Positions 57,437 to 64,000 of a stretch of DNA of 64,000 nucleotides are shown piece by piece; the first letter of the stretch is position 1; each line of letters starts with the position of its first letter. The notes beneath the pieces were generated by a model. That model was not told the origin of the DNA, ran no database searches, and worked only from the letters and a program-made list of their open reading frames with translations. A program made the position numbers and the translations under genes. The DNA is from a virus (Duplodnaviria; Caudoviricetes), in the IMG/VR virus record IMGVR_UViG_3300050159_000048. The stretch is one strand, 5' to 3'.

Positions 57437-57475
57437 ACTTTCCCCTTTGACGGGTATTTAGGGCTCATTGAGGAC
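57422..57475 (-). promoter_or_regulatory. Start-sequestering hairpin with a late promoter in its loop
   Basis: 13-bp perfect inverted repeat GTCCTCAATGAGC/GCTCATTGAGGAC; TAAATA at 57460-57455. Confidence 0.8.
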
Positions 57476-57486
57476 GTTTCTGCGCC

Positions 57487-57852
57487 TTAGTTTTGGTAAG
57501 ACGTTTCAGTTTGCTCAGCAGCCAGGTCTTGAATGGTCTGGTCGATGAACGCATTGCAATCAGCAATGTGCTTCTGCATCATGCAGCGAGGGCCTTGTAC
57601 GACCTCGTTCAGCCGGTACGCAAACTCAGTTTGCATCAGATACAAGCGGTTGGCACCACCGTTCTTCGAACGGAAAGGACGCTCCATACGAGCGGTTGCT
57701 TGATTGAAGGCAGACGACAGGTAACGAACGATCTGACCGACGTCCTTTTCCTTCACGGGTTCTTTTTCTGTCATAATGGTTCCTATGACGGGTTTATCAA
57801 GAGATAGCGCATCAACGCTATCAGCGGGTTTTTGCGAGAACGCACGACTCAT
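57487..57852 (-). CDS. Hypothetical protein
   Basis: 121-aa ORF. Confidence 0.6.
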   Translation of the reverse strand: MSRAFSQKPADSVDALSLDKPVIGTIMTEKEPVKEKDVGQIVRYLSSAFNQATARMERPFRSKNGGANRLYLMQTEFAYRLNEVVQGPRCMMQKHIADCNAFIDQTIQDLAAEQTETSYQN

Positions 57853-57883
57853 TATGCGGAAAAGAATTCGGGGGACAACAGTG

Positions 57884-57912
57884 TTGTTCTTACCGCTAAA
57901 AGCAGATACAGT
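57884..57912 (+). promoter_or_regulatory. Candidate sigma70 promoter for the dCMP deaminase-nrdAB operon
   Basis: TTGTTC-N17-TACAGT; ACTAAATA also at 57971-57978. Confidence 0.5.
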
Positions 57913-57986
57913 ATAACTATGCGAAATTTAGAGGGTTTTTGAACCCCCGCTATTGAAGAAAAACAAGAACACTAAATAGCCAACCT

Positions 57987-58397
57987 ATGAAACTACGACA
58001 AGCAATTGCCCACATGCAGGCGGCATACATTTACGCATCTTTATCGTACTGTGTTCGCAGGCAAGTGGGGTGTGTTGTGGTTCGTGATAACCGAATCATC
58101 TCTATTGGGTACAACGGCACACCTGCAGGAGAAGACAATACTTGCGAAGCTGAAGACGGTAGCACAAAGTCCTGTGTCATTCATGCTGAAGACAACGCTC
58201 TACGTAAATTAGAGCGTTGTGGTGAGACTGCTGAGGGCGCCACATTATTCGTCACGACCGCGCCGTGCAAGACGTGCGCTGAAAAGATCGCAGCACACAA
58301 CGTTAGTCAAGTGCTATACGACGATCTGTATCGGAACGACGACGGAATCCGTTACTTGCAATCTGTAGGGATTGCAATTGAACAAATGACCACATAA
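57987..58397 (+). CDS. dCMP deaminase
   Basis: IGYNG, HAE, PCKTC zinc deaminase motifs. Confidence 0.92.
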   Translation: MKLRQAIAHMQAAYIYASLSYCVRRQVGCVVVRDNRIISIGYNGTPAGEDNTCEAEDGSTKSCVIHAEDNALRKLERCGETAEGATLFVTTAPCKTCAEKIAAHNVSQVLYDDLYRNDDGIRYLQSVGIAIEQMTT

Positions 58398-58421
58398 CAA
58401 CTACAAGAGGAAAACACCCCC

Positions 58422-60230
58422 ATGTCTCAAGACACATATTTGGGCATTAACATTGACCTATCACGAGACGCGCTTCTGGACGAAATCGGCATCCAGCGCT
58501 TGAAGGACTCGTACCTGATGGAAGATGAAACATCTCCCCAGCACCGATACGCGTACGTATCCAAGGCTTTCGGTAGCAATCCGGAACATGCACAGCGACT
58601 CTATGAATACGCCAGCAAGCATTGGATGGGTTATTCTACTCCCATCCTGTCGTTTGGTCGTAATGCTTCTGGCTTGCCGATCTCGTGCTTCCTGGTCAAC
58701 GTTCACGACTCCAAGGAGGGTCTAGTTGAAGCCCTATCCGAAACCAACTGGCTGTCGATGCTAGGCGGTGGTGTGGGCGTTTACTTCGGTATTCGTGGCA
58801 CAGACGAAAAGTCGGTTGGTGTCATCCCCCACATGGGTGTGTATGACCGCTCTTGCTTGGCTTATAAGCAGGGTACAACACGTCGCGGTAGCTACGCGAT
58901 GTATCTCGACATCAGTCACCCCGACATTCTCGAATTCCTTGATATGCGCAAGGAAACTGGTGACCAGAACCGTCGAGGTTTGAACCTTCACCACGGTGTA
59001 AACATTCCTAACAGCTTCATGGAAATCATTGAGCGTTGCATGCGCGATGCCAATGCCGATGACTCGTGGGAGCTGCGCGACCCTGCTTCAGGTAAGGTTC
59101 ACGAAGTTGTTTCAGCGAAGGATCTGTGGGTTAAGTTACTCGAACTACGGGCCGGCCAAGGTCGTGGTGAGCCATACATCCACTTCGTCGACAATGTTAA
59201 CAACGCTGTCAAACCATACTTGAAGGACAAAGGTTACAAGGTTGTCCAATCAAATCTGTGCTCGGAAATCGAGCTGATGACTGACAAGGACACCACAGCT
59301 GTGTGCTGCCTGTCATCAATCAATCTGGAACATTGGGACGAATACTGCGACAATTACCAATTCTTCCGCGATATTGCAGAAATGTTGGACAACGTGTTGC
59401 AATACTTTATCGACAACGCCCCTCCGTCGATTGCTCGAGCAGTCAAGTCAGCTCGCGAAGAACGCAGCATTGGTATTGGTGTGATGGGTTTCCATTCATA
59501 TCTGCAGAAGAACATAATCGCGTATGACGGCGTGATGGCAAAGGCTGCAAATAACCGCATCTTCACCCGGTTCCAAGCTCAACTGGATCGCGCCAATGCT
59601 GATCTCGGCGCTGAACGCGGTTCGCCTAAGTGGCTTGAAGGCACAGGTCTGCGGTTTGCGCACATGAGCGCGATCGCCCCAACGGCCAGCAATGCTCTGA
59701 TCTGCGGTAATGTGTCGCCTTCAACCGAAGCATGGCGCGCTAATGCATTCCGCCAAGACACATTGTCTGGTACGTTCATTCAGAAGAATAAGCATTTGGA
59801 CGAACTACTAAAGAAGTTGGATGCTGATGGGGCGTGTGATTACCAAGAAGCTTGGCTGAAGATTGTTCAAGCCGAAGGTTCTGTTCAGGGACTGGAGTGT
59901 TTGTCGGATATTGAGAAGGATGTCTTCAAAACGGCTTCAGAAATTGATCAGCTGTGGGCAGTTGAGTTGACGACTGATCGTCAACCCCGCATTGACCAGG
60001 GCCAGTCGTTCAACATCTACATTCGTCCAGATATCAGCATCGCTAAACTGCACGCCATTCACTTCTCCTACTGGAAGAAGGGTGGCAAGGCCATGTACTA
60101 CGTGCGCACAGAAAAGCTGGCTAACACAGACACAGTCGGCAAGAGGGTTGAGCGAGTCCGCATTGAAGAGGAAATCGACCAGTTGCGACAAATTGCTGAA
60201 GGCGTTGATTGCATCGCGTGCGAAGGCTAA
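58422..60230 (+). CDS. nrdA: Class Ia ribonucleotide reductase alpha subunit (no ATP cone)
   Basis: ISCF, SNLCSE, AVCCL, APTAS, MYYVR, C-terminal CIAC. Confidence 0.95.
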   Translation: MSQDTYLGINIDLSRDALLDEIGIQRLKDSYLMEDETSPQHRYAYVSKAFGSNPEHAQRLYEYASKHWMGYSTPILSFGRNASGLPISCFLVNVHDSKEGLVEALSETNWLSMLGGGVGVYFGIRGTDEKSVGVIPHMGVYDRSCLAYKQGTTRRGSYAMYLDISHPDILEFLDMRKETGDQNRRGLNLHHGVNIPNSFMEIIERCMRDANADDSWELRDPASGKVHEVVSAKDLWVKLLELRAGQGRGEPYIHFVDNVNNAVKPYLKDKGYKVVQSNLCSEIELMTDKDTTAVCCLSSINLEHWDEYCDNYQFFRDIAEMLDNVLQYFIDNAPPSIARAVKSAREERSIGIGVMGFHSYLQKNIIAYDGVMAKAANNRIFTRFQAQLDRANADLGAERGSPKWLEGTGLRFAHMSAIAPTASNALICGNVSPSTEAWRANAFRQDTLSGTFIQKNKHLDELLKKLDADGACDYQEAWLKIVQAEGSVQGLECLSDIEKDVFKTASEIDQLWAVELTTDRQPRIDQGQSFNIYIRPDISIAKLHAIHFSYWKKGGKAMYYVRTEKLANTDTVGKRVERVRIEEEIDQLRQIAEGVDCIACEG

Positions 60231-60238
60231 CATGAAAG

Positions 60239-60346
60239 GTCCCAGGGGAACTCAAGGCGTATGTTTCGAACCATCGAAAAGGGCTCCGTGAGTTCCCTGG
60301 GACGATTTGGTCATCTTCAAGTGTGAGTGATGCAAGAAGTGGACCA
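60239..60346 (+). other. Structured intergenic element between nrdA and nrdB
   Basis: 15-bp stem with one bulge enclosing a 6-bp hairpin, followed by a second stem-loop. Confidence 0.55.
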
Positions 60347-60392
60347 CCCGAAAGACCCGGAAATCAAAACAAGATAGAGAACTGGACCTATA

Positions 60393-61397
60393 ATGGTTAA
60401 GACTAACAAGAAAACAAAACTAACAGACACCCGCGCAACGTTCAAGCCGTTTGCGTACCCCAAGTGCTATGAACTGTGGCTCAAGCACGAACAGGTTCAT
60501 TGGCTGCATACTGTGATCCCAATGCAGCAGGACGTGTACGACTTCAAGAAGCGTCTGTCTGAAGGCCAGAAGGACTTCCTTACGCAGATCCTGCGTCTGT
60601 TTACACAAGGCGATGTGGACGTCGCGGCTGGCTACGTGAACAACTACTTGCCGGTATTCCCACAGCCGGAAGTACGGATGATGTTGCTTGGGTTTGCAGC
60701 TCGTGAGGCTGTTCACATTGCTGCGTACAGCCATCTACTGGAAACCCTCGGCTTCCCGGACACTACGTACAATGAATTCATGGAATACAAGGCGATGGCC
60801 GATAAGCATGACTTTATTGCACAAATTACGCAGTCTGGCGATAACGCTAAGGTGATCCAGCAGATGTGTGCCATTAGCGCGTTTACTGAAGGCATGCAGT
60901 TGTTTAGTTCGTTTGTCATGTTGCTGAACTTTGGACGCAACAACATGATGCCAGGCATGACCAAGATTGTCACATGGTCAATCATTGACGAAACGATGCA
61001 CTGTGAAGGTATGACGTACCTGTTCCGTGAGTTTGTGAAAGAGAACAAGGACATCTGGAATGACGATCTGAAGCGTGAGTTGTATACGATCGCTGAAAAA
61101 ATGGTTGAACTCGAGGATGCGTTCATCGACCTTGCATACAGCAAGCTGGATCCGTCAGAGTTCAAGCAGCAACTGTTGAAGGCTGACATGCATGCATACA
61201 TTCGCTACATTGCTGACCGTCGGTTGATCGGGATGGGGCTGAAGGGCATCTTTAAGCACAAGAAGAATCCGCTTCCGTGGGTTGACGAAATGCTTGCGCT
61301 GCCATCACACACCAACTTCTTCGAACAAACTGAGTCTAGCTATTCCAAGGGTGCGCTGCAAGGGACTTGGGATGATGTGTGGGGTGTGCTTAAGTAA
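60393..61397 (+). CDS. nrdB: Class Ia ribonucleotide reductase beta subunit
   Basis: FTQGD, EAVH...Y, EGMQLF, DETMH diiron and tyrosyl motifs. Confidence 0.95.
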   Translation: MVKTNKKTKLTDTRATFKPFAYPKCYELWLKHEQVHWLHTVIPMQQDVYDFKKRLSEGQKDFLTQILRLFTQGDVDVAAGYVNNYLPVFPQPEVRMMLLGFAAREAVHIAAYSHLLETLGFPDTTYNEFMEYKAMADKHDFIAQITQSGDNAKVIQQMCAISAFTEGMQLFSSFVMLLNFGRNNMMPGMTKIVTWSIIDETMHCEGMTYLFREFVKENKDIWNDDLKRELYTIAEKMVELEDAFIDLAYSKLDPSEFKQQLLKADMHAYIRYIADRRLIGMGLKGIFKHKKNPLPWVDEMLALPSHTNFFEQTESSYSKGALQGTWDDVWGVLK

Positions 61398-61419
61398 GCT
61401 GAGCGGACACTTAGATCAA

Positions 61420-61445
61420 AAAAAGGGGCGTTGTCGCCCCTTTTT
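61420..61445 (+). terminator. Terminator after nrdB
   Basis: GGGGCG-ttgt-CGCCCC-TTTTT. Confidence 0.85.
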
Positions 61446-61460
61446 GTTTTGGGGTATACT
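61431..61460 (+). promoter_or_regulatory. Candidate sigma70 promoter overlapping the terminator
   Basis: TTGTCG-N18-TATACT. Confidence 0.55.
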
Positions 61461-61481
61461 GGATCAGAAGGAGTATTTGAT

Positions 61482-61988
61482 ATGATTGAAATTACAGAAA
61501 TCAACATAGACCTGGACGGAGTCATGGTAGACTTTCGGAAAAAGGCGCTGGAAGTCGCCGGAATTGTCCCCGAACACGACCCCAACAACAAGCAACTGCG
61601 TCGCGACTTTTGGAAGCACATTGAGATGCATGTTCGATCCGGCAAGCCTTTCTTTGGTGCGATGGATCCCATGGAGGACGCGTTTGTGTTGTGGGGGTAT
61701 TTGTTGGCCTCTGGCAAACCTCTGGTGATCAACTCAGCAACAGGACACATTCGTGGTGCTAGTGAAGAGAAGCGGTACTGGGTGCGAAAGCATCTCGGTC
61801 ACGATGCTGCGAACGCGGCACGCTTCGTGCGCGATGCAGTAATGAAGTCGCAATATGCGCATCACACCAAGGTCCTGATTGACGATCGCAGGAAGGCAAT
61901 TGATCCTTGGGTCGCGGCTGGTGGGATTGGAATACTACATACTAGTGCTGTAGAAACCATTGAGCAACTGAAGTTGCTAGGAGTATAA
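61482..61988 (+). CDS. HAD-family 5'(3')-deoxyribonucleotidase-like protein
   Basis: DLDGVMVDF, LIDDR, W..AGG.GILH. Start at ATG 61482 after AAGGAG. Confidence 0.85.
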   Translation: MIEITEINIDLDGVMVDFRKKALEVAGIVPEHDPNNKQLRRDFWKHIEMHVRSGKPFFGAMDPMEDAFVLWGYLLASGKPLVINSATGHIRGASEEKRYWVRKHLGHDAANAARFVRDAVMKSQYAHHTKVLIDDRRKAIDPWVAAGGIGILHTSAVETIEQLKLLGV

Positions 61989-61990
61989 TT

Positions 61991-62371
61991 ATGGGATATG
62001 AGGCTTTTGTATTGACGGAAGCATCTCGGGCGAGTTTGCTCGAGCAGTTTCCGCCAAAGTTCCCTGATGTGATCGCGCATCACATCACACACCGATTTGG
62101 TGTGCATAAGCCGGCAGAGATGCCGGCTCCTACACCTACGTCATTTGAGGTCGTAGGTTATGCTGCTGATGACAGCCTGGAAGCATTGGTTGTTCGTAAG
62201 CGTACCGCCGTCGGACAGAATCGTCCGGACGGTAAACCCTACCACATCACGTGGTCGTTGGATCGTTCAAAGGGACGTAAGCCCGTTGATTCCAACGCGG
62301 TCATTGCGAACGGGTTTGAGCCGATCGATAAGCCAGTTATCGTGGCGGCTCAGTTCCATTACATTGATTAG
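61991..62371 (+). CDS. 2H phosphoesterase
   Basis: Two HxT motifs (HHITH, YHITW) and a KPVDSN tail. Confidence 0.75.
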   Translation: MGYEAFVLTEASRASLLEQFPPKFPDVIAHHITHRFGVHKPAEMPAPTPTSFEVVGYAADDSLEALVVRKRTAVGQNRPDGKPYHITWSLDRSKGRKPVDSNAVIANGFEPIDKPVIVAAQFHYID

Positions 62372-62622
62372 TAGTCGTCAGAATAGCGACTAGTTTTGGT
62401 GTGCTTAGAAGAGGAGGCTTGATATTCGTCAGCCTCCTCTTCGTCCATCTGCTGAGTGTAAGCAGCCCACTCGTGCACCGTGTCGAACGACTTGTATTCA
62501 AACGGATCCCAGACAGAACCGTCGTCGGGATCGATTTCGATCCCGTATTCTTCCATCAGTTGTTCAACGGACATAACGTGTGCGTCATGCAGAACAGTAC
62601 TCTGCATGTGGTGCTTTGACAT
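62368..62622 (-). CDS. Small acidic hypothetical protein
   Basis: 84 aa, Asp/Glu-rich, GGAG RBS, AATAAATA at 62668-62661 upstream. Confidence 0.65.
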   Translation of the reverse strand: MSKHHMQSTVLHDAHVMSVEQLMEEYGIEIDPDDGSVWDPFEYKSFDTVHEWAAYTQQMDEEEADEYQASSSKHTKTSRYSDDY

Positions 62623-62673
62623 GGAAACTCCTAGAGGGGATTGTTAGTACTACGAGTGGATATTTATTTCAAA

Positions 62674-64000
62674 TCACAGAGTTGCGTAGATGTTTTTGGT
62701 ATAGTTACCCAAAATCTCTTGCAATTCAGAGATATAAACCTTCTTCCGTTTGTCTTCGGAAGACAACAGATCGAGATATGTTTGCAGCTCAGCTTCCGCA
62801 TCCTTGATTCGCTGCTCATTTTTGAGGCGCTCCTCTTCCGTGAAACGGTAAATGGGCAGATCAGCAATGTAATCAATGTGGACGATGCCAATACCGGCCA
62901 GCAATTCCTTTAGTTCAGACCGTGACTGAGTCTTGCCAGCAGTTGCACTGATCTTGTGCTTGATTGCGGTGCGGATGTCGTAGTACCGCTGCAGGTCTAG
63001 CTTGATCAAGTCACGCAACCGCTCATAACGCTGCACGTACCACCCAAGACGCCAATCCGTAAATTGACGAATCAAATCTACGGGATTGGTGCTCATAATG
63101 CTATCCCCAGAGAAGTCAACCAGATTCAAGTTCTCTGTGTGGCGGCACGTCAGCTTCAACATCTGAATGAGTGTTTCTTCGGTGTAATCCTTCAGAAATC
63201 CACGTCGGAATTTGACATCAATGTTGATTGTATTGCGTGAATTATCGACGTAGTCAACGAGCGTGTCACCTTCGAGAAGGGCGTCAAGACTTTCGAGGAA
63301 TTTCGCGTGAGATAGTCCGTACGGAAGGGATGTTACCTTTGCTTCGGTTGTGTTCTTGATTACAACCGAACCAGAGAATACGTACACGTTATCCTTCACC
63401 GGGATTCCCGCCTGCTGCAGAGGCATGAACTTGGGGAGCGGTGAAGAGATACGTTTAGCACCCTTCAGGTGGGCGATTTGGGCTAGAATGATGTCATCTA
63501 AGGCACGAGGCAAGATCGATGTCGCATACCCCAACGCAATGCCTTCGGCTGGGTTGATCATGGATACAGGAACCAATGGCAAGAAATGGGTCGGTTCATC
63601 CACCGTGCCATCATAGTTCTTCTGCATAGGAACAACTTCAATGTCGCGGAAGACCACATCCTTGGTGAATTTGGATACTTCGACGGAGGTGTATCGACTT
63701 GCACCGTATGCCTTGGGAGCTAGCAGAGTACCGAACGATCCATGCTTCCTGAACAGAGGAATGTTGTTGCCGTACGGAGCAGCCAGCGTATCGATGGCTC
63801 CTTCTGGTGCATCGTGCGGGTGCAGCGGCATTGCGGCACCTGCAAGAGTGGCGCTTTTGTATTTGTGGCCATCACGAGCAATCCACAAAACGCGTCGCGC
63901 CCCTGATTTCAGACCGTCAGCTGCTGACGGAATGGCACGCTGTTGCATCACGTATAGAGCGTAACTCCGTCGGCAATCATTGACGTATTGTGAGCCTTGC
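62674..64000 (-). CDS. Type II topoisomerase subunit A (gp52/GyrA-like), 5'-truncated by the window
   Basis: RAIPSAADGLK, LHPH, ASRYT catalytic Tyr. The frame stays open to the window edge. Confidence 0.93.
   Translation of the reverse strand, partial: QGSQYVNDCRRSYALYVMQQRAIPSAADGLKSGARRVLWIARDGHKYKSATLAGAAMPLHPHDAPEGAIDTLAAPYGNNIPLFRKHGSFGTLLAPKAYGASRYTSVEVSKFTKDVVFRDIEVVPMQKNYDGTVDEPTHFLPLVPVSMINPAEGIALGYATSILPRALDDIILAQIAHLKGAKRISSPLPKFMPLQQAGIPVKDNVYVFSGSVVIKNTTEAKVTSLPYGLSHAKFLESLDALLEGDTLVDYVDNSRNTINIDVKFRRGFLKDYTEETLIQMLKLTCRHTENLNLVDFSGDSIMSTNPVDLIRQFTDWRLGWYVQRYERLRDLIKLDLQRYYDIRTAIKHKISATAGKTQSRSELKELLAGIGIVHIDYIADLPIYRFTEEERLKNEQRIKDAEAELQTYLDLLSSEDKRKKVYISELQEILGNYTKNIYATL

Noticed and set aside
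60228-60303. Hairpin after nrdA as a SECIS element
   Set aside because: nrdA ends in TAA after a complete CIACEG tail; there is no in-frame TGA.
43903-61397. Inteins or introns in the polymerase, helicase, nrdA, nrdB or rnh
   Set aside because: Lengths and motif spacing are normal; no splice-junction or homing endonuclease motifs seen.
62586-62608. 8-bp inverted repeat CATGCAGA/TCTGCATG inside the small acidic gene
   Set aside because: It lies within coding sequence downstream of the start and does not involve the promoter or SD; may be chance.
1-64000. Stop-codon reassignment
   Set aside because: Conserved genes are full length in code 11, and TAA, TAG and TGA all terminate genes.
1-64000. 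tRNA, tmRNA or CRISPR arrays
   Set aside because: No T-loop/CCA cloverleaf or regularly spaced repeats seen by eye; tRNAscan-SE/ARAGORN would confirm.

Overview
A 64 kb, roughly 50% GC segment of a large T4-like myovirus, probably a jumbo phage, read in the standard genetic code. It carries head and neck morphogenesis genes (gp14/gp13-like neck, major capsid, scaffold, prohead protease, portal). The tail and baseplate block has a tape-measure-like gene, a gp26/gp51-like pair, gp53, a hub with a lytic transglycosylase domain, gp5, gp25, gp6, a 3327-aa virion protein and PAAR. It also holds a gp55 late sigma-gp47-gp46-RuvC operon, replication genes (RNase H, clamp, family B polymerase, DsbA, gp41 helicase, type II topoisomerase subunit A) and nucleotide metabolism genes (dCMP deaminase, NrdA/NrdB, HAD nucleotidase). 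No tRNA, CRISPR array, intein or mobile element was seen. The most notable signals are RNA-level: (1) a ~330-nt highly structured intergenic region (15169-15496) with a predicted loop-loop kissing pair, a candidate new ncRNA; (2) a candidate -1 ribosomal frameshift with a stimulator hairpin joining the gp26-like and gp51-like ORFs; (3) a repeated hairpin-gated late promoter design that would block translation from read-through mRNA at up to five genes, including the RuvC resolvase; (4) structured elements in the DNA polymerase leader and between nrdA and nrdB. All protein family calls are from motif recognition by eye, not database searches.
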